Shown: positions 40,941 to 55,603, counted from the first letter of the whole stretch. The stretch is DNA of 63,934 nucleotides, filler included, from Ministeria vibrans ATCC 50519 (GCA_943704425.1; 7 parts of 7 records of this genome joined end to end with filler, not necessarily neighbours in it), one strand, 5' to 3'. Numbers and translations: made by a program. Notes: generated by a model from the letters alone, not told the origin.

Positions 40941-43900
40941 TTACAAAAGATCGCGAATGCGAACGGTCCGCCTCACGGCATTGGTGAAACCTTCGTGGAA
41001 CTTGAACATAATAGTGGGTGGAGGAGGTGCTTGGCCTTGCTCGTCGTCGTCCTCGCCCATGTCCTCGTCGGCAGTGTCACTCTGTGCCACCGCACTCTCC
41101 TGTGTCGCCTCCACAAGACGCCCAAAAAAGTCTCTCTCCACCTTGGGCTCAATCTTGACTTTTTTAGCCATGGACGCAGCAGTGGTGCCCAACTCAACAA
41201 TACGTCGTTTGCTCGCCGTCAGCGCTTTCTGCCTTTCACTCTCGCCCAGCCCACTACCACCTGCTCCCCCCGCCCCTTTCACCACCATCGTCTTCCCACC
41301 ACCACCACCACTACCTGCACTCCCAACCATCCGCCGGTGCGTCAGCGCATGTGCAATGTACTGTCGAAGCACGTACGGCAGCTTCCGGTGCGTGTTAGGC
41401 AAGTCAGGAAACATCACGGCACTTTCAAAGTCGCTGGTAAAAAAATCCGTGTCAGATACACCAATTCAATTTGCCTGGCACACAAACACTCAACCCTAAA
41501 CACACTGAACACATACTAAACACACTAAACACACACTAAACACACTTAAAACACACACACACACACACACACACTCGGCACACGAAAAAAAAACACACAC
41601 ACACGCATATAAAATATTACTATCTCTACTCTTACGGTTCCATTGTGTAAAAGTACTGACTTTCCTGCCCTTTTTTCTGCGCATACGTAAGCGAAAACAT
41701 ACTCATGACATTGACCAGTTGCTCGAGTGTCTCCTTCTCTTGCGCATTGTACAACTGAGTGTTGACCTGACACACAAGAAGAAGAAGAAGAAGAAAGCGA
41801 GTGAGTGTGAGGGAGCGAATAAGAAACAAGTGGACACTATACAGGTCTGAGAGTGGGCGAGAGCAGATCAAGAAAGTGAGGAGCGCAGTCGAGAACAAAT
41901 GCACGAGGGGTGAAGAGAGCACGGATGCGAGCGCGTGCAGACCCGCCACCGACATCGCGCGCACCCGAGCCGTCGTCGTCGAGACCCAGCATCATTGCAA
42001 TAGTTGACTCGGTCTGGCGTTGATGCTGCTGTGCGGCCGTAAACGACGTCGGATAACGCAGAAAGGGCGCTCGTTGCCGCATGTTAGTGTGTGCTTGAGT
42101 GCAATGCTGCGGGTTGTGTGTGTGTGTGTGAGCGAAACGTCCGTGACATACATCTTAATATTTGCGCATTACCAGATGAACAGCGGCTGAGACAAACGGA
42201 AGAAAGCGCATGAGATTGAATTGTTGGGAGCGATGAATCCGCTCGGTGAGTATGTCGTGCAAATGAAGCCACTCGGTGACATCCACAAGCTAAAAGACCG
42301 ACTTATAAGTACACAGAGACTCGCCCACACTCAAATTTTATGTGTTTCTTTGTGCATACCGTTTGCAATGGGCTTGTAAACTGTCCATAGGTCAGACCCA
42401 AATAGTTCTCAAAGCACCCTAACAACGACAAGAAAAACGACACACACACACACAACAATACACACACACACACAACAATCAATCAACCCCCCCTTCAGCT
42501 CTGCACTCTCGTTCTGCGTACCCTTGGCAATGCGATCATAATCATCTGCGCCGCCCCCCACCAAATCCACCACATCCATGACAATGCGTTTCTTCGTGCC
42601 CTTGCGTGTGCGACTACCCCCACTCTTTCCGCTCTCCAGCTCCTCTGCACCCTTGATGCGCGCACCACTCGGCGTCGAGAACACCGTGTTGAGCAGCGCA
42701 AAAAGGTCCTTTTGTCCGGCGTCCTTGCGCCCAATCGGAACTGCGCGCAGTGCCTCGAGCGTGACCACTGCATCGTTCTGACCCGTCCCACTTGTCAGCA
42801 GTTCATGTTTGCGCTGCATAAACTGAAGTGTGTGCAAACACGACCGAATGTCGTTGCCCGTCAGCTCAGCCAATCCCACAAGCGCACGTCGCTCCACACT
42901 CAGTCGCTCACTCTCACAAATGAACTTTACAGAGCGAGGAAGAGAAAGAAAGAAGAAAAAAAACCAAAAGCGTTTGTTAGAGAGCGAAGAAGACAATGCA
43001 TCGATTGATAAAGCGAAGAAAAATTTTTCGCTCTTATCCATCAATCTCACCTGTAATCGATCAATCAGCACATTTTGAGCAGTGGGCTTCATCTGCAACA
43101 CAAGCGCCACTTTCCTCAGTGACCTCAAAGAAGGAGCAAACCTACGCCATGACACACTGAGACATCTGCACTTCGAAGTTCGATTTGAAAATTGTCGTAC
43201 AAATCATTGCAAATGCAAATGATAGGCCTGCGCAATTGACCCGCTCCCGTCGCTTTCTTTCCCCCTTTGCTCTTTTTGTTGGACGTGCGTCCCTCAATGT
43301 GCGACAGTAGAAATGCAATGCACGCCTGAAACGTCCGTGAGTCAGACTAAGACCACCATGACAAATATATGTTGTTACCTTTGTGGTTCCATCAATTTCG
43401 TCAATGATAAGACAGTTTGGACGTGTGTCTTTGCTTGTGACAGAGCGCATTTGAGTCGCAGCAACAACAGTATTGCGAAAGAGCTCCTCCGCGCGATCAT
43501 CACTACGTGCAACTCGTCAGGTGAGTCGGTACAGTCAGTTGAGTGTACGTACCTCGCGTTCATCTCAACGGGATGGTAGCCGCAGTGGACAGCACACACA
43601 TGCGCCAGAGTGGTTTTGCCCAGCCCGGGAGGTCCGCTGAGCAGAATGACGCGCGGCATGGGCCGATGGTGCACGTCGGAAGGAGCCGAACTCGCACCCG
43701 TATACGGCGCACGCCCGCCACTGCGACTGTTGCTCCCGTGGCCGCTGCTGTTGTTGCTCCGAAACACCCCGCTGGCGCCTTTGGTGCTCCCAGCACCTTG
43801 CACTGCATCACTCTCCTACGCAGATAGAGAGAGTACTCTCTTCAGCACACACACGCGCGCGCTCTCTCACACATCATATCGTCTTACGCGTGGTTTCATA

Positions 43901-45140
43901 TTAGGTCGTCCAAACACACAGTAGTCCCACTCGCGCAGCCACATGAGCAGCGCGCGGTTTGTTTCCTCGTCGCTAATCAGGTCAACGTACGACTTTGATG
44001 CGTACTTGTTGACCCAAAGCAGTCGCTCGCCTGCAGTCCCACTCGTCGTGTCCTCCTCCAGTGCACCGTTTGTCGCACTGCCCAGTGTGCGTCGTGCGCC
44101 TACTCCTTTCTGTCGCTCTTTCTTGTCCTCTTGTTGTGCCGTTGCTTCAATGGCTTCCGCAACACGAGCCGTCTCAAGGTCACCCAACAGCTGTGCAATG
44201 GGCGCGCTTAGCAGCTGCGTGGTGGGCTCACTGGCGTTGTCGCTGCCGCTGATGTTGTTGTTGCTGGTGGTAGTCGCCTCTGTAATTGTTGTTGTGCAGC
44301 TACCCTTGTTACTGTACGTGGTGGTGCTGGTAGTGGCACTCTTGTCGCGCACACGCACATAGACGCGTCGACCATCCGACGCAGTCACGGTAAACTGTCG
44401 CCCGGGGTATGGACGATTTGCGACGGCGCCGCTGCCAAAGCTGATACGATCACGGTTCACAAGACTGAATTTGTGCTGACGCAGTCGTTCGCGCGACTCC
44501 TCCTGTCGCTTCGCCTCCTCGCGCTTGTTGGCGGCGTCAATCTCGGCACGCGTCGGCATGCGTGCGTACACATCGCCAAAGTTGCCGGGAACCCCACGCG
44601 CGTGAAACTCGTCGTAGCCTCCGTCATCGTTGATGTCGTCGATACAACCGCTGGCTATCTCCGACCGACGCTTGGAGCGACGGTAGGCGGAGCGTGACGC
44701 CGGAATGTTCCATGCGACCGTCTCGTCCCCTTTGGAGAGCAGTCGTCGCGCTCGCACCATGTCCGCCTCGGACGGACCGCCCGTCTCGAGCTCCTCGTCG
44801 TCGTCACTAATGTTGTAGTCGAAGGCGTCGGGTGAACCGCGAGCCGTGGGGCTCTTGGGAGGCCGTACTGGCGAGGGCGACGCTACACAACACGAACCGT
44901 TACTTACGCGGTCGCCCCATCGGTGCACACAGCGATACACGCACATACCTTCCGATGCAAAGTCACCTTCGTCAAACACCAGCACCTCTCCTAGGTTGCG
45001 TTCTACGCACAGAGGTCCGTTACCGACGGAAACGCCGACAGACGTTTCACGCGCCAAAACATCAAAAGTTCAAACCCCCCTCAAAACGAGTGCCAGTTCC
45101 CACTCCACACCGCCATGCGACGGACAAGACACGCACAATA

Positions 45141-45178
<38 letters not shown>

Positions 45179-45327
45179 CCCAACAACGTACGAGAATGCG
45201 CAAACCCTTCGCCAGCATTTGCATCGTCCTCATCGCCATAAACAAGCGCCTCTTCCTCCTCCGCCACCGCCGCTGGCTGCTGCGAATCCAGCCAGGCACT
45301 CTCGTCGCCCAATTCCCAGTCCGCCAT
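40941..45327 (-). CDS. CHTF18: Chromosome transmission fidelity protein 18 (alternative RFC clamp-loader subunit), multi-exon
   Basis: LWVNKYASKSYVDLISDEETNRALLMWLREWDYCVFG, ILLSGPPGLGKTTLAHVCAVHCGY, PNCLIIDEIDG, NDIRSCLHTLQF and C-terminal FKFHEGFTNAVRR. Confidence 0.96.
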
Positions 45328-45556
45328 AGCAAAGGAGGAACAAGAGTGCCTTGTAAATTAATTGTAATAGTTGTAAATTGAAACTAATCGAAATTGAATA
45401 GTCACTACATTATTCGTGTTGAAAAAAATATATATTCTCCGTGTAGTGGCTGCAGTCACAATGCTGCATGCTGATGGGCGTGTCAAGAGTAGGGAAGTCA
45501 TCCTTTTTTTTTCAATATGATCTCTATCTACAATCGCAATGTGCACTCGTCTTCCC

Positions 45557-46916
45557 TTATGCGTTCGAGAGAGAGTCGATAAACTCTATACCCTCAAACT
45601 TCTCCGCAATGACAAACTCCTCCTTGAGCAGCACATTTCCGTCCGTATCCACAATTGTCACATACGACGCAACCACATCCACTTCACCTGTTGTCCAGTC
45701 GGTCACTTCCTCCGTCTTCAGCGCAATCAGTTCACGGTCGTCCGTAAACGGAATCGCCTTGAACGAACTGAACCCCCTCTGAAGGTTCAGGTCGCCCACT
45801 TTCACTCGTCGGATCTACATTGAAGGGAAAGCGTTAAGGCAAATCAAGACAGACAGACAGACAAGCAAACAGACGGAAAATAAGACAGACGGACGGACAA
45901 AGTGAGGCAGAGTCAGAAAAACAAAGTGTAAAAACAACAATAGAATGCGTTTCTTTCGCCCACACGGTATTTCTTTCTCTCGTATCGTACGGTTGTAAAC
46001 GACTCGTCGGTCATCAACAGATCGTTTCCACAGCGCGCTTCGTCCTTGCGCTCACAGTACGCCTCAGTGCTGACTCGGCGCGGCAGAAACAGCCACTCGC
46101 GTCGCACTTGGCTCCAAATGGCACTCTCGTGCAACAAATAGCCCGGATACGACGTGCCGGTCGACACTCGCAGCGCCTCGTACTCGTTTATCCAGTTGAT
46201 GTGTCGGATTTGACCCGACGTGTCAATCGTCTAAGTAACGCACAATGAACCGTCATGTCACTCTCTCCTCGCTTAGCTGTACCTTGATCCACTGCGGATT
46301 CAGATGCACAATGTTCCCTTTCAGATCGGCCCATTCTTTGCCCATGCCACCGACCACAAGTTGTCCGTCCTTTACGGTCATCCACTCTGCTTTGAAGCCT
46401 GACACAAACACACACACAACGTGTCACATCACCACACTAATAATATTATAACAATATGATTAAGATGTGTCTGTGTGTCTTACCTTTCGCCACTTCTCCA
46501 CTGCCGTCTGTGAGCATGAAGCGTGGCACCGCCGTGGCCGTGTCCACGTTGATCTCAAAGACCGTTCCGGAGCGATCATCGACTGAGTAGAGACGACCGT
46601 TCCACACACACAGATCAGACAATTCCATTCCGCGTCCCTTCTCCGACAGCGTCGACGAGACGACGCGAGGAGCGTCAAGGTTGTCCCACTCCAGCGCATA
46701 CGACCCGTTGCTGCGGCGCACCAGCGTGCCCGTGATCAGCCACGAATGCCATTCGAATGAATCGCTCACTCGCGATCGAATGTCCTTATCCGCAATAATC
46801 GCAATCCGATAGCGCACCTCGCCCGCCAGACCATCCATCGCCGACGGCACATCAAACGCCCCAGATGCAGATGCAACAGCAGCAAGCGCGCTGAGCAGCA
46901 CAGCCACAGAGCGCAT
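45557..46916 (-). CDS. CANT1: Calcium-activated nucleotidase / apyrase (CANT1 family) with signal peptide
   Basis: [65 protein letters not shown] and KFEGIEFI. Confidence 0.95.
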
Positions 46917-47104
46917 CTCAATAATCACAAAGTAAAGTACAGTAATTATTTGATGATTTTGAAAAAATTTGATCTTGTCGAAATCGAAGATTAATTATTT
47001 TTTAATTACTTAATATTATCCTGATTTTTGTTTCGATGCTTTTTTTTGTTACTTTTGAGTCGATATTGTTGTTTGATCTTATATTTTGTTGAGTTTTGAT
47101 TCAT

Positions 47105-47869
47105 TCACCATTTGAACTTTTTTCCACCCATTTTCTTCGGCTGCATCTTCTTCTGCCCGCAATCTTTACAATGAGGTAGGTTGTTGATGCGGGTGAAGGC
47201 CACACCGCTCAAATTGACTTGGCAATTATGACATGTGAAGCACTAAAATGACAAAAGATTAATAAGTGTACGAGAGAGAGAGTGAGAGTGAGAGTGAGTG
47301 ACCTCAGGGTGCAACTGGCCACCGTCCAGATCAAGGAACTGGCCCTCAATGGGTTTGGCGCACTTGGTACAGCGGGGCAGGAGTGTCTCGCGCGCACAGT
47401 CGGCATGGAACACGCGCGTGTACCGCTCGTCGTGCTTCTCCACAATGTCGCCTCCTGCACACATACACACACAGAGAGGCAGACACATAGATTAAGAAAC
47501 AACAGATAAACAACGAAACAGAGTCAGAAAAGATGTTTTGGAATATGCAATACTGATTTATGTACCTCCCTTAATGTTCTCTCCACATCCATCGCACACA
47601 AAACATTTCTCATGATAAATGCCCTAAAAATCCAGTGACACAATGAGTCCTCTCTCTATCAGTTGCTTTTTTTTTTTCTCTCTCTCAGACAGACTATTAA
47701 TTTTTACCGATTCCGTTTTGTGTCCGTTTGTGTTCATTACTTCTCCACAACGCAAACAGTTTGCGCCATAATCAATCGTTTCTTGCATCTAAAAGAACAA
47801 TCAATCAGGCCCACCGACTCACTCACTATATCACTTTGTTTCTTTCTCTCTATCACTTTGTTTCTCTCT

Positions 47870-47918
<49 letters not shown>

Positions 47919-47942
47919 CCTCCTCCTCCTCCTCTCCTCCTC

Positions 47943-48029
<87 letters not shown>

Positions 48030-48154
48030 CTCTCTCTCTCTCTCTCCGTTTGTCTTACTTTTTTTGAGCCGTCTTGATCAACCGAGCCCTTTTCAACAAT
48101 CAGCACTGGCTTTGGTGGCCGTGCCGGTGCTCGCCCATTGCGCTTCTCCGCCTA

Positions 48155-48234
<80 letters not shown>

Positions 48235-49276
48235 TAATAATTACAATGCTCGACTTTCCACTTGTTTCCTTCCCCCCTCTCAATAGTGCTCTTGTTTCTT
48301 GTTCTCACTTCGTCTGTTTTCTTTTTCATGCATTTCATGCACACAGGTCGTCCGTCGACTTTGTGAAATCCGCCCGAGATAAGCGATTTACACTCAATGC
48401 ACTTGAAGCAGTCCGGATGGAATGACAGGTCCAGCGCATTGAGAACATCTCCAAAAATGACCTAAACAGACACACAATGATAAATTTTATTAACATGAAA
48501 TTAGTATGATGTTTATAGAGTGTTTAGCCTTGCTTTCGTACTGTCATGCACGCATCACACGCGGTGCCCTTGTAGCATTTCTTGTGCCAGAACAACCCTG
48601 CCTCTTTGACGTACATATCATCTAAGTCAAACACATTTAGAACATGACAAGTACCATTCATACACACAGACACAGACAGACACACAAAGACACACACAAA
48701 CGAACACGCACACATAAACAGAGACAGACAGACAAACAGGACACATAGACAGAGACAGACACACAAACACGCACACATAGACAGAGACAGACAGACAGAG
48801 AGACGAACACACGCACACACACACACACACACACACTTCTCTCTCTCACACACACACACTCTCTCTCTCTCTCGCTCTCATACCCAGATGCCCCAAGACT
48901 TTCTCGCCGCACTCAACACACGTGCCAAGAGCAAATTTCTTTGAGTAGCATTCAAGGCAGTAGGGCTTGGCATCGCCGCCGGCGTACACGTCGCGCTGAG
49001 GGAAAATGTTTGAGTGTGGGACAAAAGTGGTTGAGACATAATAATGACAGGACCAAAAAAAAAAAGAAAAAACGATTTAGTGTGAAAGCGCCGTCGCTCG
49101 CTGGCTGTCGCTCTGCTGCACCTTACCATGGGCTTGACTGCCTTGCATCCGTGGCACTTGGCCTCCGTTTTGCCGACCTTGCCAATCTTCTTGGCGACCT
49201 TTTGCTCTTGCGGAACCGCATAGTCGTCCACGTCGAACTGCAGCGCGTCCGCCGGATCCATGTACTCGTCGCCCAT
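47105..49276 (-). CDS. Multi-LIM-domain protein (paxillin/FHL-like), multi-exon
   Basis: Repeated LIM patterns such as [26 protein letters not shown] and [25 protein letters not shown]|CFTCHNC...PHCKDC. Confidence 0.85.
47872..48232. repeat. Intronic (CA)n, (CCT)n and (CT)n microsatellites in the LIM gene (two introns, with a short exon between)
   Basis: Directly visible. Confidence 0.9.
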
Positions 49277-49500
49277 CGTGCAGCCTTCTGGAACGTGAAA
49301 AAATGTGGAAAGTTACGATTGATCAATGAGAAGAGAGGAAATCTCAAATCGGTGGGCAATCGAATGATTCTGATCGCACTCACGCATCAGTCATCGCGAC
49401 ACGCATCACTGATCTGTGACCTTTTAACTTTTTATAATCTATTAGTCGCATTGATCCGAAGCAATCGTAGCAGCACGGGTGCAGCGTAGGCGTCGAATCA

Positions 49501-50649
49501 ATGGACTCGATGTTTCGGTTCATGTTTGGCCGAAAAGGTCCCTCCATTCCGTCTGCAACGCACGCCATCGTGCGCGGCATCCCGGACTCATTCACACACG
49601 CGTTGAAAATGTCCAAGACGGCTCCCGCCGTCGACATCAAGCGAGTACGACCTTCCAATATCAAATCAGAAAAGGTCCGACTTGCGCTCAACATTTTTTC
49701 GCCAGGCCCGACGTCAACATTTCAGCTATGTGGCTGCACTGCGCCGCCTTGTTCCCACCGTGATCGAGCTTGATCCCGACGAGGCTCACCCCGACTGCTG
49801 CTTCGTCGAGGACACCGCTGTGGCCGTCCACAATCGCGTGGTCGTCACTGCGCCGGGACACGCGTCGCGGCGAAACGAAGGCGGTCCACTCCAGCGCACT
49901 CTCGCCGACCTTGGTACGGACACACGGCGGAGAGGCGACTGAGAGAGACGCAGACGGAGGGAGGAGGGGGGGGGTGGTCTCTTTCTCACACACTCGTAGG
50001 TGTCGAGGTGTTTGCAATGCGCGACATGAACACAGACGCGCGATGTGATGGCGGGTATGTCATTCTCATCGTATCACGACAATGATTAAAACGATATTGG
50101 TACTGCAGTGACGTTCTGGTACTCCACTCTCGAAAGCACATCTTCTGCGGTATTTCCTCGCGAACCAACGTCGCCGGGGCGGAAGTGCTGCGTGCCGTGT
50201 TTGAACCAGTGGGATACCGTGTCACAGATGTGCTTGTGCCAAAGGGTCTCCATTTGAAGAGTGCCGTCACGGAACTTACCAGTGACCATCTATTGTGTGC
50301 GGGAAATAGGTATGTTCACTGACACAATCAACACAAATGCCATTCGTTTTGCTCATGGGCATTTCTCTCTCCATCTCTTTGTGCACGCAGTGCGGGCGTC
50401 ATTCTGTACAAGGCCATCAGCGAACTAGAGCCGTACGAGGGGGTGTTTGTGCCTGAAGAGCAGTCCAACGTGGTCGCAGTAAACAACGGGCTGCTCGTGC
50501 CGCGGCCGCTGCATCCGGGCATCATGCGCGTATTGCGCTCTGTCATCGACAGTCGCAATGTGCTGCTTGTCGATAAAAGTGAAGTCGCAAAGGTCGACGG
50601 CGCTCTCACCTGCGGTTGTCTCCTCTTTGATGTCGAGCCACCTGCATAG
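49501..50649 (+). CDS. DDAH: Dimethylarginine dimethylaminohydrolase (amidinotransferase fold), multi-exon
   Basis: THAIVRGIPDSF, PDEAHPDCCFVEDTAV, GHASRRNE, CDGG|DVL, LHLKS and EVAKVDGALTCGCLL (catalytic Cys). Confidence 0.93.
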
Positions 50650-50751
50650 TCGATGTTTCTCCCTACCTCTCTATCCGAAATGTGTACTTGAAAAAAATTG
50701 TAAATGTAACCTCATACGTGTAAAAAAAAAAAGAAAATAACAAACAAGTGT

Positions 50752-51879
50752 CTACTTGCGACCAAAACGCATCTGACGATCGCCCTGTTGACGCACAAGT
50801 ATCATGGAATCATTGGAACGGGGTGAATGGGCAGGGAATGAGCCATAGGGAGTGACAGTGGCCGCACGGGTGGGAGTCGTCAGACGCGTCTGACCTTGTG
50901 GTAGTGTCGCTCGCTTCTCAAACATTAGACGATAGGGCGACTCTTCTGTTGCCTGGTGCCATGGACGAACTCGCTCCCCACTTGCACTGCTACTGATCCC
51001 CGACAGTCTAGTTCCACTTCTACTTCCGCCGTCGCCGCCGCTGCTGCTACTACCGCTGCTGCTGTTGCCACCCCCACCACCCTTGCTGAAGAGCACCTCT
51101 TGACGTCGTTGCCACCGTTGTCCCGTCTCCTCCTCATCCTCTTCCGTCTCAATCCCAACCCGATTCAATTGTGGCGTCACTGCATCTTCTCCGGACCGTT
51201 GAGTCAAAACGCTCACTCCAGATTGCGGAACAACCTGTGCAAAAATAAAAATAATTATAAAATTATCAGACGTCGCAATTTTTCGAGCAATACAACGTAA
51301 CAATAAATGTCATGTTATATTGTTATCATTTTGCTTGTTAAGTACGTTGTCTGCATCGCCTGGAACTTGCATGTTGCACATGTCGACGAAATGGGCTCTT
51401 TGACTCGCCGAGAGACGATCAAACGTCTCCGTGGCCTGCGCCAGATCGAGCTGCATGAGGTCACGCAAAGGACCACTCGAAAGAATGATCTGGATGGCAA
51501 AGGCATTGAGAAAGGGCATGGTTTGCAAAAGGAACCATTCGTGCTACACAAACAGAAATAAAAGAATCAAAAAATTAAAATTAATAATGATAGTATAATA
51601 TTTTTGTTATAATTATTGTTATTCGATACCGTTGTGAGCTGTCTGGGAATCCAATCACGATTGCCATAGTCTTCGAGAGACCACACAGATGAAGTGCGCA
51701 TGGCACGAGTGCACAGCTGACGAACGCGCAGTGCCGTCTGCTCCATCGAGAAGGTGTGCTCCACCACAAAATCACACTGTCCGCCCCCACGGTATTGCTC
51801 CAGCTGAGCATGCAGCAATACCATTGCTTCCGTAAAAGCAGGTCCAATGAGACTACTCAATGAATATATAATAGATAAA

Positions 51880-51918
<39 letters not shown>

Positions 51919-53395
51919 TATTATTATTAATAATAATTTCACGCGAGCCACTTTCTGTTTTACCTTTCTGGCTCGAGAAGGCGCGCGGTCGATGAGGCGA
52001 CGGGAAACACTTCGACAAGGACGTGAACACGTTCGTAAGCGGGTGAAATCAATTGCAAAAGAGCTCCAATGGACTTGCGATTGCTCTCACGTGTGCCGTG
52101 AGTCAGAGCTTCGGCAGAACACATAACAACGGCAGTGCGCTCGTCAATAATAAGATCTTCCGCAATGTCACTGTTCAGTTGCTAAAAATTGAATTTAATT
52201 ACATCAAATTAATCAGCTGTTATTGTCTTTTTATAATTACCGGTCGAACTCCACTGAGGTTGCGGTCAATAACGGAGATAGAGTAATGCTCTTGGAGAAG
52301 ACGCAAAAGGCGATAGCGCGCAAGGATTGCATTCTAAAGAAGAGAATTTAAAACCGGTAAAATTAATAATAATAATAATAATTTCAACGATAATTATACG
52401 TACCGTAGCAATGATGGTACATGGCATCATTTCATCTCGCTGTGCACTGAGTTGCTGGGTCTGCAACTGCATTTCAACTTGATCCACAGCAAAGCAAAGT
52501 GCATCAACATCCATGCCATCATCAAGGGCATCTTCAATGTCGCTGTTCGCGGCATTTGTAATGGTCGTTGGCTCAGACTGATGGTGTTGCTGCTGTTGAC
52601 GAGACAACGGTGGTGCGCTCACGAGAGACTGTTGACCACGCATGAGCAAGTACTCGTCGAGGGGGTTGCTAGAAACTGCCTTCCACTTGTCACGTTGCAT
52701 TTTCGACTGTTGCTGTTGATGACGCACTGCACTCGTCGAGTCCAGGTGCGCATTCGCAACCGCCGACGCCATGCGATACTGGGCAGCCGACGAAACTGTT
52801 GAGAAAAGTGAGTCAGATAAAATTATTAGTATAATAATTAGGTTAATTATGTCATTATTTCCGCAACAACTTCGTACATCGCTTCTGTTCGGCACTCAAC
52901 TGCTCGGCCGTCGCTCCGTTGTGGTATGAAGGGGCGCGTCGCGGCACAAGCAGCGTGTCTTTTGACCAATGCAATGGAATCCGCTTGAGTGCACCAACAC
53001 TTTCGATACCATCCGCCTCAACCGTCCCTCGCACAATTTCCCTTTCGTCCTTCTTCGTCTGTTCCACATGAAAAAAATACAAGGTATCAAAAAATGCAAC
53101 AAAGTGTGGACGTATTGAGTTTACCATCAGCGTTGGTACACGTTGAATGCGTCGTCGCAGCAAATTCAGCTGTGCGTCTGTTGGAACAGGATTCCACACC
53201 ATTGACTCGTCCAGTCTTAAAAAAAAAAAGCAAGACAAGGTGAGGAGGGTATTAATTACAGCATGTATATGGCTGGAATTTATCTCACTTGCGCGAGTCT
53301 GCCTTGGAAAACATCTTGACCGACGCACACAACCGTACGAAGGAGGCCAGTTGCTCTTGCCCGCTAGGAGGTTCTTCTTCAACTTCTGGGGGTCC
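50752..53395 (-). CDS. SHOC1: SHOC1/Zip2-like meiotic XPF-domain protein, 3' part (5' part lost in gap)
   Basis: YSISVIDR...DLIIDERTAVVM, EQTALRVRQL, RDWIP...EWFLLQTMPFLNAFAIQIILSSGPL and LMFEK...GQTRL follow the order of conserved SHOC1 XPF/HhH motifs as recalled. Confidence 0.72.
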
Positions 53396-53527
53396 TACCA
53401 AAACAAAAAAAAAAAAAAAAAAAAAAANNNNNNNNNNNNNNNNNNNNNNNNNNNNNNNNNNNNNNNNNNNNTTAATTAATTAANNNNNNNNNNNNNNNNN
53501 NNNNNNNNNNNNNNNNNNNNNNNNNNN

Positions 53528-54279
53528 TACCACTGCTCTTCCATGGGATACCTCGAGCTCCTACTTGGAGTGTCAGCTGAGTTCGCAAATTACGGCGGTC
53601 TGTTCGCGATTTGCACGTTAATGTCTCTAGTTTGCGTGGCGACTCCTCGCTTTTGACACGCTCCTCGAACTCGAGGAGGTTTCCCTCACAGCACGTCGTT
53701 TGGACGTTTGTCTGAATCGCGCGCATGCCTTTTCGAATCGTGTGACAATAGAGAGCTTGTTATACCGGCCGACGAGTACGTTCATGTTTGTGGGCTGTGG
53801 CGGAAGTACCGACAGCGCGACCCTGGTGTGGCCACAGCTCTAGAAGATGTGATGTTGGCAATGGTGCAGCGCAAGGAGGCCACATGGGCGAAGAAAAAGG
53901 AGGAGGCGGTGGTGGGCGAGCTGGAAGCGAGTACCAGAGAGGGAAATGTAGATGAGGAGGAAGAGTAAATCAATACAATTTTTTGTGTTCATAATAAATT
54001 TCTCACGCACGTTCTGAGGCATGATTTTTCTCACGTCTTCAAATCAGGCCTGGGGCCCCGACCCTCTTCACCACCCCTGGGCTAAGTAGTAGCTGGGTCC
54101 GCACCCTGCCGGCCTGCCCGAAAAATGAAGTGTCCGGGGGTTTGCTCTCGTAATAGGATCGTAGATTTCTCTGTCCAGTGTAGCAAAACTTTATTTTATT
54201 GGTAATAATAATAATTATTGTTATTATTATTTTTGTGGTCACTTTTTGAGATAATTATTTGAAAAATCGCACTTGGACT
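53528..54279. mobile_element. Dispersed element, copy 1 (conserved end blocks shared with 56777-57667); possibly a non-autonomous Helitron-like element
   Basis: 53528-53653 matches 56777-56902; 54024-54170 matches 57478-57624; weaker match continues to about 54279. Confidence 0.55.
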
Positions 54280-55603
54280 TTCCAGCCAAGTGGCTTCGTA
54301 GTGGCCAACTCGTAGTATTTCTTGCATCTGCGCTTCTTCTTCATGCACACTTTGCTCTCTGATTCATTTGCATCGTCAGTGTCCTCATCTGGGAACTCTG
54401 TCGTATCAAATCGGGTAACAAGTGACTAACAACCAACAAGCTTGAAGCCAAGGTTTCTTTTCTGTGCGAATTCTTTGAAAATATCTAACATCTTTACAGT
54501 GTAGAGTGAAGTTGAAACATGTCACCTCAAGGATTGTTCAATGAGATTTATGATTGATGAATTATGAGGGGGCGAAGGGGCACTGGCCATGGGCACATCA
54601 TTTTAGGGCGTGTACGGAGTATTCTGCGAGATTTTCTTCGTGCAAATTTAGGGTGTGAATTCTGCGGTTTCCCTTCTTTCCTTGGACTTCTTCTAATTCA
54701 AATAACTCACTTCTTCTTCTTCAAATTTAACTCATTCTNNNNNNNNNNNNNNNNNNNNNNNNNNNNNNNNNNNNNNNNNNNNNNNNNNNNNNNNNNNNNN
54801 NNNNNNNNNNNNNNNNNNNNNNNNNNNNNNNNNNNNNNNNNNNNNNNNNNNNNNNNNNNNNNNNNNNNNNNNNNNNNNNNNNNNNNNNNNNNNNNNNNNN
54901 NNNNNNNNNNNNNNNNNNNNNNNNNNNNNNNNNNNNNNNNNNNNNNNNNNNNNNNNNNNNNNNNNNNNNNNNNNNNNNNNNNNNNNNNNNNNNNNNNNNN
55001 NNNNNNNNNNNNNNNNNNNNNNNNNNNNNNNNNNNNNNNNNNNNNNNNNNNNNNNNNNNNNNNNNNNNNNNNNNNNNNNNNNNNNNNNNNNNNNNNNNNN
55101 NNNNNNNNNNNNNNNNNNNNNNNNNNNNNNNNNNNNNNNNNNNNNNNNNNNNNNNNNNNNNNNNNNNNNNNNNNNNNNNNNNNNNNNNNNNNNNNNNNNN
55201 NNNNNNNNNNNNNNNNNNNNNNNNNNNNNNNNNNNNNNNNNNNNNNNNNNNNNNNNNNNNNNNNNNNNNNNNNNNNNNNNNNNNNNNNNNNNNNNNNNNN
55301 NNNNNNNNNNNNNNNNNNNNNNNNNNNNNNNNNNNNNNNNNNNNNNNNNNNNNNNNNNNNNNNNNNNNNNNNNNNNNNNNNNNNNNNNNNNNNNNNNNNN
55401 NNNNNNNNNNNNNNNNNNNNNNNNNNNNNNNNNNNNNNNNNNNNNNNNNNNNNNNNNNNNNNNNNNNNNNNNNNNNNNNNNNNNNNNNNNNNNNNNNNNN
55501 NNNNNNNNNNNNNNNNNNNNNNNNNNNNNNNNNNNNNNNNNNNNNNNNNNNNNNNNNNNNNNNNNNNNNNNNNNNNNNNNNNNNNNNNNNNNNNNNNNNN
55601 NNN

